Assembly: GCA_963717525.1 (NCBI GenBank)
Contig: OY970343.1
Span: forward strand, 576,001-640,000
DNA from: an uncultured Methanoregulaceae archaeon
GTDB taxonomy: Archaea; Halobacteriota; Methanomicrobia; Methanomicrobiales; Methanospirillaceae
Length of the DNA stretch: 64,000 nucleotides
Direction: 5' to 3'
This document shows, piece after piece, positions 53,586-64,000 of the stretch (its first letter is position 1; each line of letters opens with the position of its first letter). Position numbers and translations under genes: made by a program. The notes beneath the pieces are model-generated. The model made no database searches and had not been told where the DNA came from. It worked only from the letters and a program-made list of their open reading frames with translations.

Positions 53586-55076
53586 GTGAGTGTTTTATTC
53601 GCCAGTAAACTGCGCTTTTTTGATACCACGTTACGGGACGGGGAACAGACCCCGGGTGTATCGTTAAACCCGGACCAGAAGTTAGAAATTGCGACCAGGC
53701 TTGCAGCCATAGGTGTCGATGTTGTCGAGGCCGGTTCTGCTGCGACATCAGCCGGCGAGCAGGACGCGATCCGGCTCATCTCGGATGCCGGGCTCCCGAT
53801 CGAGACCTGCACCTTTGTCCGGGCCATGAAATCTGACATCGATTATGCCGCGGACAACGGCGCCGACTCAGTTCACCTCGTGATCCCGGTCAGCGATCTG
53901 CACATCGAGAAAAAGATGCGCAAGACCCGTGGGCAGGTGGCTGAGATGGCGTGGAACTCGGTTGAATACGCGAAGAGCCGGGGACTGATCGTGGAACTGT
54001 CGGGAGAGGATGCATCGCGGGCTGACCAGGGTTTTCTTAAGGAGATTTTCTCCGGTGGCGTTGATCGCGGGGCCGACCGGCTCTGCTTCTGCGATACAGT
54101 GGGCTTTCTGACCCCGGAGAAGATCGCAGTGTTCATCCCCCCGCTTGCCGGGATCGCGCCGCTTTCGATCCACTGCCACGACGATCTTGGTTTTGCGCTC
54201 GCAAACACAGTCTCGGCCTTAAAGGCTGGTGCAACCTGCGCCCATGTGACCGTGAACGGCCTTGGCGAGAGGGCGGGGAACACGCCCTTTGAGGAGCTTG
54301 TGATGTCGCTTGAGGTGCTCTACGGGTACCCCACCGGGATAAAAAAGGAGGAGATCTATGCCCTCTCGACGCTGGTCTCACGCCTCACGGGCGTCCCGTT
54401 ACCGGTCAACAAGGCGATCGTCGGGGAGATGGCGTTCACCCACGAGAGCGGCATCCATGCCCATGGCGTGATCCGCGAGCCGGCGACCTACGAGTCTGTC
54501 CGGCCCGAGCAGATCGGGAGAAAACGGCGGATCGTGCTCGGGAAGCACTCCGGTTCTGCATCGGTAGAGGCTGCGCTCCACGAGATGAAGTATATGCCCA
54601 ACGAACAGCAGCTCAAGGCCATCGTCACGCGGATCAAAGATCTCGGCGATTCCGGCAAACGGGTCAGCGACTCAGATCTGATGGCCGTTGCTGACACGGT
54701 GCTTGCAATGGAGTGCAAACCCACCATCAAACTGCGGCAGTTCACCGTTGTTTCGGGAAGCAGCATGATCCCCACGGCGTCGGTCACCCTTGAGGTGAAA
54801 GGAAAGGAGATGACCGGCGCGGCAACCGGTGACGGGCCGGTGGATGCCGCGATGCAGGTACTTGCACAATCGGTTGCCGATGTCGGGGATATCAGGCTCG
54901 AAGAATACCACGTGGACGCGATCAGCGGCGGGACGGACGCGCTGGTTGAAGTGACCGTAAGGTTAAGTAAAGACGGGAAGATAATTACTTCCCGGGGCGC
55001 ACGCACTGACATTATCATGGCGAGCGTCGAGGCGATGATCGCCGGAATGAACAGACTACTCGAGGAACGAACATGA
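53586..55076 (+). CDS. cimA: (R)-citramalate synthase (CimA/LeuA family)
   Basis: [47 protein letters not shown], regulatory G.GPVDA; LeuA not excluded. Confidence 0.8.
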   Translation: MSVLFASKLRFFDTTLRDGEQTPGVSLNPDQKLEIATRLAAIGVDVVEAGSAATSAGEQDAIRLISDAGLPIETCTFVRAMKSDIDYAADNGADSVHLVIPVSDLHIEKKMRKTRGQVAEMAWNSVEYAKSRGLIVELSGEDASRADQGFLKEIFSGGVDRGADRLCFCDTVGFLTPEKIAVFIPPLAGIAPLSIHCHDDLGFALANTVSALKAGATCAHVTVNGLGERAGNTPFEELVMSLEVLYGYPTGIKKEEIYALSTLVSRLTGVPLPVNKAIVGEMAFTHESGIHAHGVIREPATYESVRPEQIGRKRRIVLGKHSGSASVEAALHEMKYMPNEQQLKAIVTRIKDLGDSGKRVSDSDLMAVADTVLAMECKPTIKLRQFTVVSGSSMIPTASVTLEVKGKEMTGAATGDGPVDAAMQVLAQSVADVGDIRLEEYHVDAISGGTDALVEVTVRLSKDGKIITSRGARTDIIMASVEAMIAGMNRLLEERT

Positions 55077-56752
55077 AGACCGGGGCAAAACTCCTTATCG
55101 AATCACTGCAGCGCGAGGGAACCGACACGCTGTTCGGCTACCCTGGCGGCTCAGTGCTGCCGATCTATGATGAACTCTACGATTCACCATTGCGGCACAT
55201 CCTGGTACGGCACGAACAGGCAGCAGCGCATGCCGCGGACGGCTATGCACGCGCGAGCGGTCGTGTAGGGGTATGCCTTGCCACCTCGGGGCCCGGTGCC
55301 TGCAACCTGGTTACCGGGATCGCCACGGCCTACATGGACTCAGTTCCAATTGTTGCCATCACCGGCCAGGTGCCGACCACGATGCTCGGGAACGACGCCT
55401 TCCAGGAATCAGACATCCAGGGCATCACGATGCCGATCACGAAGCACAACTACCTCGTGAAGGATACATCGGACATCCCCCGCGTGATAAAAGAGGCGTT
55501 CTATATCGCGGGCACGGGGCGGCAGGGTCCGGTGCTTGTCGACCTGCCAAAAGATGTCAACACCCGGTCGGTCAAAGAGCCTGTTGTGCCCGAAAAAGTG
55601 GTGCTCCGGGGCTATAACCCGACGTATAAGGGAAACAAGCGCCAGATCGACAGAGCGATCGAACTTATCACGGCTGCCGAGCGCCCGCTCATCTACGCGG
55701 GCGGCGGCGTGATCTCGTCCAATGCATCGCCGGAACTCGTGGCCTTTGCATCCGGCCATGGCATCCCGGTGACAACGACCCTGATGGGCATCGGGTGCAT
55801 CCCCTGTGACCACCCGCTCAACCTCGGCATGCTGGGCATGCACGGCACCGAGTACGCGAACTTCGCAGTCACCGAATGCGATCTCCTGATCGCAATCGGA
55901 GCCCGGTTCGACGACCGGGTCACCGGGAGGATCGAGACGTTCGCGCCGCACGCAAAGATAATCCATATCGATATCGACCCGGCCGAGATCGGTAAAAACA
56001 AGCGCGTTGATGTGCCTATCGTGGGCGACACAAAGGCGGTGCTCGCGGATATAATTGCCGGCCTTGCAAAGAAGAATGCCTGCGAGGCATGGCAGAAGAG
56101 AATCAGGCACTGGAAGCAGAACCATCCCCTGCGGTACGGGAAGGACAACGGGTGCCTGCACCCGCAGTTCATCCTCCAGCAGATGAACGAGTTGCTCAAA
56201 GGTGATGCGGTGATAGTCTCCGAGGTGGGCCAGAACCAGATGTGGACAGCACAGTACTTCTGCTTCCGCCATCCCCGTACATGGATCACGTCTGGTGGCC
56301 TTGGCACGATGGGTTATGGTTTTCCCGCCGCGATAGGGGCGCACTTTGCCCGGCCCGATGTACCGGTCTTCGATGTCGCCGGAGACGGCAGCATCCAGAT
56401 GAACATTCAGGAGATGGGCACGGTGGCGCAGTACAAGATCCCGGTGAAGATTGCGATCCTCAACAACATGTATCTCGGGATGGTGCGCCAGTGGCAGGAG
56501 CTCTTTTACGACCGGCGCTATTCGTACACGGAGCTCCCACCGGTCGAGTTTGTCAAAATCGGGCAGGCTTACGGTATCGACGGCATCAAAGTGGAGTCGT
56601 GCGACGAGGTGATGCCGGCCTTAAAAGCCGCGGTGGACTGCGACGGACCATTCGTGCTGGACTTCCGGATAGAGCGGGAAGAAAATGTCTTTCCCATGGT
56701 GCCGGCAGGAGCTGCGATCAACGAGATGATCGGGGGGCATCCGCCATCATGA
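55073..56752 (+). CDS. ilvB: acetolactate synthase large subunit
   Basis: [33 protein letters not shown]. Confidence 0.96.
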   Translation: MKTGAKLLIESLQREGTDTLFGYPGGSVLPIYDELYDSPLRHILVRHEQAAAHAADGYARASGRVGVCLATSGPGACNLVTGIATAYMDSVPIVAITGQVPTTMLGNDAFQESDIQGITMPITKHNYLVKDTSDIPRVIKEAFYIAGTGRQGPVLVDLPKDVNTRSVKEPVVPEKVVLRGYNPTYKGNKRQIDRAIELITAAERPLIYAGGGVISSNASPELVAFASGHGIPVTTTLMGIGCIPCDHPLNLGMLGMHGTEYANFAVTECDLLIAIGARFDDRVTGRIETFAPHAKIIHIDIDPAEIGKNKRVDVPIVGDTKAVLADIIAGLAKKNACEAWQKRIRHWKQNHPLRYGKDNGCLHPQFILQQMNELLKGDAVIVSEVGQNQMWTAQYFCFRHPRTWITSGGLGTMGYGFPAAIGAHFARPDVPVFDVAGDGSIQMNIQEMGTVAQYKIPVKIAILNNMYLGMVRQWQELFYDRRYSYTELPPVEFVKIGQAYGIDGIKVESCDEVMPALKAAVDCDGPFVLDFRIEREENVFPMVPAGAAINEMIGGHPPS

Positions 56753-57252
56753 AGGCGCATACGTTGTCTATCCTTGTGGAGAACAAGGCCGGGGTGCTCT
56801 CAAGGGTCACCGGCCTCTTTTCCCGGCGTGGCTTTAACATCGAGAGCCTTGCGGTGGGCACCTGCGAGGAACCGGACATGAGCCGGATCACGATTGTAGT
56901 GATCGGCGATGACGCGCAGATAGAGCAGGTGATGAAGCAGCTTAACAAGCTTATCGATGTGATCAAGGTCTCTGACCTGACCGACAGCGAGAGGGTCGAG
57001 CGCGAGCTTGCGCTTTTCAAGGTGACCGCAGACCAGGGAACGACCCGGGCCGAGATCATGCAGATCGCAACTATCTTCCGCGCCCAGATTGTTGACGTGG
57101 GCGCAAAGTCGGTGATCCTCCAGATTGTTGGAGATACCAATAAAATCGATGCAATGGAGAAACTCCTCCGCCAGTTCGGGATCAAGGAACTGATCCGGAC
57201 CGGCAGGATTGGGATCCTGCGTGGCACGAAGACCGTGTCGAGCAGCAAATAA
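56749..57252 (+). CDS. ilvN: acetolactate synthase small subunit
   Basis: [38 protein letters not shown] overlap. Confidence 0.95.
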   Translation: MKAHTLSILVENKAGVLSRVTGLFSRRGFNIESLAVGTCEEPDMSRITIVVIGDDAQIEQVMKQLNKLIDVIKVSDLTDSERVERELALFKVTADQGTTRAEIMQIATIFRAQIVDVGAKSVILQIVGDTNKIDAMEKLLRQFGIKELIRTGRIGILRGTKTVSSSK

Positions 57253-57399
57253 TCTTTTTATTTTCCGTTGTGCTCTTCTTTTCGTGCACCGGTGCAGTAA
57301 GCGTGGTGCTATACGCCCTTTCCACTATCCATTCATGCCCGCCTTCAGTTACATTTCGATTATGTTATATGCTAGCATGCAACAATTCAAAATGATAGT

Positions 57400-57504
57400 A
57401 TGTTTGGATTGCCGGATATTACCGTTTTAACCGTCGGCGGTGTGACTCTTGTGGTTATCATCCTGCTGCTGTACTGGGGCCTGACATTCAGGGGGCATGA
57501 CTGA
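57400..57504 (+). CDS. 34-aa single-TM symporter accessory peptide (not in ORF track)
   Basis: MFGLPDITVLTVGGVTLVVIILLLYWGLTFRGHD*; stop lies 2 nt before the symporter ATG. Confidence 0.75.
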   Translation: MFGLPDITVLTVGGVTLVVIILLLYWGLTFRGHD

Positions 57505-57506
57505 AA

Positions 57507-59031
57507 ATGACGGACTATGTGACCATTGCGGTTATTGCCATCTATTTCCTTGTCCTCCTGGGTATTGGGGTATGGGCCTCGAAAAAGATCAAGACTGCTG
57601 AAGATTACCTTGTCGCCGGCCGCTCGCTCGGGTTCTGGGTCTTTGTACTGCTTATGATCGGTACCGTCTGCTCGGGCATGTCGCTCCTGGGTGTCTCGGG
57701 GCTAGGGTACCGGGCCGGCTGGCCGACCATGTGGGAAGAGATCTTCGTCCCGCTGGCGATAGGGTTCTGTATCATCTTCTTTGGTGTCAAGCTCCATAAC
57801 GTGGCAAAGACTTCAGGGTATGTGACCGTGCAGGACTACCTTGCCCACCGGTACGAGAGCCCCACAGCGCTGCGCTCGCTCTCGGCCGTCGCAGGCATCA
57901 TCGTTTCGCTTATCTACCTTGTCGGACAGTATACTGCCATCGCGATTGTGCTGATGTGGCTCTTTGCGATCCCCCTGTGGCTTGCACTCCTGATTGCAAC
58001 TCTCGTGACCATGATCTATACCACGATTGGCGGGCTGTATGCAGTCGCATGGGCGTCCCTGATCCAGTCGATTATCCTCATTATCGGGGTATTTGTCATG
58101 GCCCCGATCATCATCTACTATGCCGGCGGCTTTACGCATGTCAATGAGGTAATCGCGACCATCAACCCGAACCTTGTCATGCCGTGGATGCCCAGCGGTG
58201 CATTCACCCCTGCCTACATTGTTTCGTTTGCCATCATGCTCATGGTAGGCCTTGCGTGCGCCCCGCATGTCATCAATAACGTGCTTGCGGTGAAGGATGT
58301 CAAGTACTTCAAGTGGGCCCCGCTCGTTGCGTTCCTGATCTACGGCGCAGCCATGTATCTTTTAAAGTTTACCGGCCTTGCCGGGCTCGTGATGGTCAAA
58401 GCCGGAGTGTTTACCCTGCCCGCCGTCTCGAATGCCTCTGATTTCATCATCCTCTATGGCATCCAGGTACTCGCTTCCCATCCTTGCCCTCTGGGCGGTA
58501 TTTGCCGTGATCGTGCTTGCGGCTGTCATGTCCACAACTGACCGGCTGATGCTGACCATCGGCGCAATGTGCTCATGGGACCTGTATAAGAAGATTATCA
58601 GGCCAAATGCGAGCGACAAAAGCGTCGTCCTGCTCTCCAAGGTTATCGTGATACTCTCCGCATTCGGCACGATGATCCTTGCGATCAACCCGCCGGACGC
58701 GCTTGCCAGCCTTATCTGGATGGGGATCGGGATCATGCTTGCCACCTTTGCAGTCCCGTTCCTTGCCGGTCTCTACTGGCGGGGAGCCACCCGCGACGGG
58801 GCGCTTGCGAGTATGTTCCTGGGACTTGTCTCGTCCGTGGTGTTCGGGGCTCTCAATTACTTCAATATAACGCTCTTTAATTACAACTATGGGAACCTCC
58901 CCCTGCACTTCTCATTCTACCCTCTGGTCATATCGCTCGTGGCCATGTACGTCGTCAGCATGTTCACCCGAAAAACCTCGGAGAAAGTCCTCGACGAAAC
59001 CCAGACCGGCTGGTATATCTCGAAGCAGTGA
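57507..59031 (+). CDS. sodium:solute symporter (PutP/PanF family; frameshift at about 58467)
   Basis: DYLVAGRSLG, T..DYL..RY, Y..IGG..AVAW, LAA.MST.D, GLYWRGAT..GA. Confidence 0.92.
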
Positions 59032-59098
59032 ACGAAAAAACCCCTTTTTTACCGGTAACGGTGCATTTTTATAAATTCTGCCCGCCAACAATTGGGCA

Positions 59099-60412
59099 GT
59101 GAAGACGGCAATTCTCGGGGGTGGCTTATCCGGCCTGACGCTGGCCCGGCTCCTGTACGAAAAAGGCACAGATCTCGTGATCCTTGAAGCAGAGCCGGAA
59201 TACGGCGGGCTCTGCCGGTCGTGTACCAGGGACGGCTTCACCTTCGATACCGGCGGCTCGCATATCATCTTCTCACGGGACTCTGAAGTCCTCTCTTTCA
59301 TGCGGAAGATGATTAGCGGGAACGAGCAGGAGAACACCCGGAACACGAAGATCTTCTACAAGGGCCGGTACATGAAGTACCCTTTCGAGAACGGCCTCTC
59401 TGACCTCCCTGCCGAGGACCTCTTTTTCTGTATCAGCGAGTTTGTAAAAACCCTTGTGGCGGTGGAGAAAGGCGAACTTCCTCCCCCAAAAACCTTCCGC
59501 GACTGGATCTACTATACCTTCGGAAAAGGGATCGCCGAGTGCTACATGGTGCCGTACAACGAGAAGATCTGGAAATACCCGACGAGCGACATGTCCCTGC
59601 ACTGGGTGGACGGGCGCATCCCCCGGCCGCCGGTCGATGACGTGATCAAATCCGCGATCGGCATCCCCACGGAAGGGTACACCCACCAGTTGGTCTTCTC
59701 GTACCCGCTGGATGGCGGTATCGAGGCGCTCGTAAAGGCGATCGCACGGCCGGTGGAGCCGTTCATAAAAACAGGTTTCCGGATCCGTTCGATCAGGAAA
59801 GAGGCCGGGCGGTGGCTCATCAGCGATGGCGCGGAAATGATTGAAGCGGACCGCATTATCTCCACGATCCCTATCCAGCACCTGATTGCAGCGCTTGATG
59901 GCGTGCCAAAGGAAGTCCGGAAGGCCTGCGATGCACTCACGTACAACTCCCTTGTCTGCGTCAACATCGGCGTCCGCGGGGGGGTGCCGGAATACTCCTG
60001 GCTCTACGTCCCTGACCCGGCGCTCGGGAAGACTAACCGGGTCTCGTTTCCCTCGCAGTACAGCCAGAACGTGGCGCCGGCGGGCTGCAGCGCGATTCTC
60101 GCCGAGATCACCCACCAGCCGGGCGATCCCGTGGCACGGATGAGCGACGAGGATCTGATCGCCGAGGTTAACGGGACGCTCACCGAAATGGGCATTGTTA
60201 CGCCGGAACGGGTGGTTTTTTCATCGGTGGTGCGCCAGCCATTTGCCTATGTTGTATACGACAAACGGTACCAGGAGAACATTGCAGTCGTCCGGGACTA
60301 CTGCCGGAATCTTGGCATCTCTCTCGTAGGCCGGTTTTCCCAGTTCGAGTACCTCAACATGGACGGGTGCATCAGGAGCGTGCTGGATTTCGTGCAGTCC
60401 TATCCGGCATAA
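59099..60412 (+). CDS. FAD-dependent oxidoreductase (protoporphyrinogen-oxidase/UDP-galactopyranose-mutase-like)
   Basis: ILGGGLSGL, GGLCRS, FD.GGSH, PYNEKIW, F.YP..GG, GRF..F.Y.NMD. Confidence 0.85.
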   Translation: MKTAILGGGLSGLTLARLLYEKGTDLVILEAEPEYGGLCRSCTRDGFTFDTGGSHIIFSRDSEVLSFMRKMISGNEQENTRNTKIFYKGRYMKYPFENGLSDLPAEDLFFCISEFVKTLVAVEKGELPPPKTFRDWIYYTFGKGIAECYMVPYNEKIWKYPTSDMSLHWVDGRIPRPPVDDVIKSAIGIPTEGYTHQLVFSYPLDGGIEALVKAIARPVEPFIKTGFRIRSIRKEAGRWLISDGAEMIEADRIISTIPIQHLIAALDGVPKEVRKACDALTYNSLVCVNIGVRGGVPEYSWLYVPDPALGKTNRVSFPSQYSQNVAPAGCSAILAEITHQPGDPVARMSDEDLIAEVNGTLTEMGIVTPERVVFSSVVRQPFAYVVYDKRYQENIAVVRDYCRNLGISLVGRFSQFEYLNMDGCIRSVLDFVQSYPA

Positions 60413-60484
60413 AAATAATTTTGCACCCTGCATCACGCTTATCATCCGAGAGCCTAAAAAAAGTACAGGAGTTTTTCATAACGC

Positions 60485-61187
60485 ATGATTTCGGTCATTG
60501 TCCCCTCCTTCAATGAAGAGGAGAACATCGCCCAGTGCCTGGTTTCGCTCTCGCACCAGACCGTCAGCAGGAATGAGTACGAGATCATCGTTGTCGATGG
60601 TGCGTCAACGGACAAGACCTGCGAGATCGCCCGGAAGTACGCTGACAAGGTCTTTATCCAGACGAGCAAGAAGGTCGGTGGGGCACGAAACGACGGTGTG
60701 ATGGCCGCTAAAGGCGATATCATCGCCTCGACCGATGCCGACTGCATCCTCCCGCCGGACTGGATCAAACGGGTGAGAAAAGATTTTGCTGATCCTGCGG
60801 TCGTCCAGGTTTATGGACCGGTCTACCCCATCGAGAACAGCCCCGGGAACCATTTCTCGCTCCTCCTTGCAAACACCTTCTCCCGGATCGGGTACTATAG
60901 CCGGACCTTCTATTACACGCTCGGCTGCAACACCGCGTTCCGGAAAGATGCATTTGTGAAGGCCGGCATGTACCGGTGCATCGATGCCGGGGACGATCTT
61001 GAGATTGCCATGCGCCTGAAAGATCTTGGGAAGATCCGGTTTGACGGCAGGCTGAAGGTCGGTTTTTCCATGCGCCGGTACCAGCAGGTACGGAACGTTC
61101 AAGTCCCTGTACGAGTGGCTCTATATCGTCGCGCATGGCGGGGAGACCCAGAAGTATGTGTATACCCAGAAAAAATACAACAAGTGA
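60485..61187 (+). CDS. GT2 glycosyltransferase (frameshift at about 61088)
   Basis: ISVIVP..NEE, VVDG.STD.T, ARN.G, TDAD; corrected frame ends TGA 61187. Confidence 0.88.
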
Positions 61188-61223
61188 CAACCGGGCCGGC
61201 TACCTTTTCTGTGCGGGACTGGT

Positions 61224-61646
61224 ATGAAAAGTTGCGAGGGTGAGCCGGAAGTGCCTGCACAAGTATCTGTAGAGGGCAGAATCGCCGAATTTGAGGAGAG
61301 CGGATTTGGCCGGCTGTTGGGCATGCACATCACCGAGGCCCGCGACGGCTATGCCCGTGTCGAGATGGATTGTGATGGGAAATGCAACCCTCACGGTGTT
61401 GCTCATGGCGGTGCGATCTTCTCGCTTGCCGACCATGCATTCGGGATTGCCTCCAACTGTGGCGAGGACCACCATACAGCAGTTTCCGTGCATATCCAGT
61501 ACCTCGCACCCGCCCGGGGCCGGCTCGTTGCGGTGGCCGAGCGCGTTGCAACAAACGGGACCTGCGGGACGTACCGCGTTGTAGTCTACGAAGGCGACCG
61601 TACGGTTGCCGTCTTTGACGGTGTCGCGTTCAGGGTTTCGCTGTAG
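61224..61646 (+). CDS. PaaI-family thioesterase
   Basis: N.HG..HGG..FSLAD.A.G. Confidence 0.9.
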   Translation: MKSCEGEPEVPAQVSVEGRIAEFEESGFGRLLGMHITEARDGYARVEMDCDGKCNPHGVAHGGAIFSLADHAFGIASNCGEDHHTAVSVHIQYLAPARGRLVAVAERVATNGTCGTYRVVVYEGDRTVAVFDGVAFRVSL

Positions 61647-61718
61647 TATCGGTGCGGGGCCTTTCTCACGTTTCGGCAACCTGTCGCTTTATCTTTTTGC
61701 AGCTTCCCATATTCCCGT

Positions 61719-62279
61719 ATGACTGTTGAGAAAAATGCAGTGGCCACAGTCGCCGGGCTCATGGCGATATCGGCCCGGACGGCGCCCAAGGCAAAAGGGC
61801 AGGACGAGATCCTCATTGCGGTGCTCACCGCAGCACAGCAAAAAAAACTCTCCCGTGCAATGACGGAGTACGGCACGAAGAACGGGCTGGGATTCTTCCT
61901 GCGCGATGCGCAGAATGTTGCCGCGAGCGATGCATGTATCGTGATTGGAGCCCGGGGCAACGCTTTTGTCGGGATCAACTGCGGGGCCTGCGGGTATCCC
62001 ACCTGTACGGCCTTTGCCAAGGCATCGCGTGCGGCGAAGAAGCGGACTACGCCCTTTGCTGGTCCCAACTGCGCGGTAAGGATGGCTGACCTTGGGATCG
62101 CAGTCGGATCAGCGGCGAAGACCGCTCAGATCCACAACGTGGACAACAGGATCATGTATACGGCCGGGTCGGTCGCTCTCGACCTTGGTTTCCTCGGGAA
62201 AGAGTGTACTGTAGCCTATGCGATCCCGCTCTCGGCTTCGGGAAAGAACATCTTCTTTGACCGTGAAAGCCACAAATAA
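61719..62279 (+). CDS. DUF2148-like ferredoxin-domain protein
   Basis: ARTAPKAKG.D, RDA.NV, NCGACG..TC, DLGIAVGSA, VDNRIMY, KNIFFDR. Confidence 0.85.
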   Translation: MTVEKNAVATVAGLMAISARTAPKAKGQDEILIAVLTAAQQKKLSRAMTEYGTKNGLGFFLRDAQNVAASDACIVIGARGNAFVGINCGACGYPTCTAFAKASRAAKKRTTPFAGPNCAVRMADLGIAVGSAAKTAQIHNVDNRIMYTAGSVALDLGFLGKECTVAYAIPLSASGKNIFFDRESHK

Positions 62280-62547
62280 CGGGAGCTCTCCGGCACGCAC
62301 TCCTTTTTTCCCACTATAATTCCAGATCTGCATGAAGTGGGCATCCTCATAAAACACCACCCGCTGTTCCCGAATCCTTGGGAACTATCGAGGTGTCCGT
62401 GGTATTCCTCCCTTTGGAAACAATTTGGCTTCCCGGGTTCATAGGTACCGGGCGAAAAAGATGAAAGCATCGGTGTATGCTTCCCGGACACGTATGCACC
62501 TGCTATAAATTCCGGGAATGAGAAAAGAATCGGTGGTCGTGTCATTT

Positions 62548-63138
62548 ATGCCAGAGGAAGTTGTTATTGCCGTAATCCCCTTTCACCCCGTGAAATGGAG
62601 TTCGTTCATCATCCGCGGACTCCTTGCATGCATTATCGGTATCCTGGTCCTGGTCTGGACCGGTATTGCGGTACAGGTCGTGGTCACCCTCATCGGGATC
62701 CTGATCATCCTTGCTGCGATCCTTGCGCTGGCTGTTGCACTCAGGCCCCTGCCGGTGCATCGCGATCCATTGTGCTCCTCGGTGTCGGTGTCCTCGGCCT
62801 GATTGTCGGGATTGCCGCTATCCTGTACCGGTGGATCGCTGCCGAAGCGCTGACGGTTATCATTGCCCTCCTTCTGCTCTTTTTTGGATGTATCGATCTC
62901 TCTATAGTCTGTCTTCCACCCTGAATACACGAATCACCGGTCTCTGCTTGTTATTTCCGGGGCACTTTCGGTCATCCTCGGGGGAATATTCTTCTTCCTG
63001 CCAGCACTCGGTGCAATCGTGCTTGTTACCGTGTACCTCGGGATATTTGCCATCATTTACGGTGTCCTGAGCATTGTCATCGGAGTACGAGTGAGGCATG
63101 AGCGCAGGAAAATGACAGCCGGGCAGCCGGCCACCTGA
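62548..63138 (+). CDS. HdeD/DUF308 membrane protein (frameshifts at about 62747 and 62908)
   Basis: W...IRG....IG...W; hydrophobic hairpin repeats continue across three frames to TGA 63138. Confidence 0.8.
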
Positions 63139-63172
63139 TCGGGAGACGATCGTCATACCATAAGGAGCGCGA

Positions 63173-63923
63173 ATGTTCACCATCGTATTGCTGCGTCACG
63201 GCGAGAGTACCTGGAACCGTGAGAACCGGTTTACCGGGTGGACTGATGTCGACTTGTCAGAAAAGGGGAGGGAGGAGGCCCGGAGGTCTGCCCGCCTTCT
63301 TGCAGATGCCGGCCTCTCGTTTGATTTCACGTATACATCGGTGCTTCGCCGGGCGATCCGGACTTTGTGGATCGTTCTTGACGAGATGGACCTGATGTAC
63401 CTCCCGGGCCACTCCTCGTGGCGGTTAAATGAGCGCCACTACGGTGCTCTTCAGGGACTGGACAAACGCGAGACCGCCGGGAAGTACGGGAAAGAGCAGG
63501 TCCAGCTGTGGCGGAGGGGATACAGCGTCCGGCCGCCGGCGCTTGAGGAGAGCGACCCCCGACACCCCCGGTTCGACCCCCGGTATGCCGGCCTTAAAAT
63601 GAATGAGCTGCCGGCCACCGAATCGCTGGAAGACACGCTGGGCCGGGTTGTGCCGGTACTGGAACGGGACGATCGCCCCAACGGTACTTGCGAAAAAACG
63701 GGTCCTTATCGCAGCTCACGGGAACAGCATCCGCGCGCTCGTCAAGTACCTCGATAATGTTCCGGATGATGAGATCACCGGGCTCAACATCCCGACCGGT
63801 TTCCCCCTGGTCTACGAGCTCGATGATGCACTCCACCCGATCCACCATTACTATCTCGGTGACCCGGAGGAGATCCGGCGTGCCACCGAATCAGTAGCGG
63901 AGCAGGCAGGAACCGGAAAATGA
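63173..63923 (+). CDS. gpmA: 2,3-bisphosphoglycerate-dependent phosphoglycerate mutase (frameshift at about 63656)
   Basis: [41 protein letters not shown]. Confidence 0.94.
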
Positions 63924-63936
63924 AGGGGAGATTCCC

Positions 63937-64000
63937 ATGACCGGCATATTCAAGGCATACGATGTTCGGGGTGCATACCCGGCCGAACTGGACGAGACGG
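63937..64000 (+). CDS. phosphomannomutase/phosphoglucomutase, 5' end (runs off right edge)
   Basis: MTGIFKAYDVRGAYP.EL; GGGGAG upstream. Confidence 0.85.
   Translation, partial: MTGIFKAYDVRGAYPAELDET

Noticed and set aside
56242..56748. 336-aa version of ilvN
   Set aside because: Upstream part is an alternative frame of ilvB; the real start is the ATGA overlap at 56749
59099..60412. Heme-pathway protoporphyrinogen oxidase supplying the b561-like protein
   Set aside because: Motifs and the adjacent GT2 fit a sugar-modifying FAD enzyme at least as well; no heme-pathway context
19153..63923. Mass pseudogenisation or programmed frameshifting
   Set aside because: Breaks are lone 1-nt indels with no in-frame stops or decay, hit conserved genes (pan, gpmA), lack slippery-site signals and cluster at two 4-mers; sequencing error is more likely
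1..64000. CRISPR array, tRNA, rRNA, transposase, prophage or recognisable defence system
   Set aside because: No regularly spaced repeats, cloverleaf or rRNA signatures, or matching protein motifs seen by eye

Overview
This is archaeal chromosomal DNA, most likely from a Methanomicrobiales (Methanoregula-like) methanogen. The assignment is inferred from cimA-ilvB-ilvN, aMBF1-PAN, a DUF2115-like gene, an ADP-dependent sugar kinase and HisKA_2 kinases. The left two-thirds (about 1-40 kb) is accessory-looking. It holds a split glycogen/alpha-glucan system, oxidative and general stress genes, three histidine-kinase modules and many small hypothetical genes. The right third is mostly housekeeping: two PAN proteasome ATPases, a ppk1-CHAD/HD-ppx polyphosphate operon, branched-chain amino-acid synthesis, a Na+/solute symporter, gpmA and the start of a phosphohexomutase. 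I found no rRNA, tRNA, CRISPR array or transposase. The strongest unexplained signals are as follows. (1) About 19 single-base frameshifts are present, and 13 of them sit at GTAC or AGCT, which looks like a DNA-methylation footprint in long-read errors rather than gene decay. (2) There are two related families of highly structured GC-hairpin intergenic repeats; one is a MITE with terminal inverted repeats and near-perfect 9-bp target-site duplications. (3) There is a REC-(MEDS-like)-PadR response regulator, a catalytically dead PP2C homolog near a stand-alone ATP-cone protein, a cytochrome b561-like protein in a presumed cytochrome-free lineage, and a Cys-rich stand-alone PAS protein. All calls were made by eye, without database searches.
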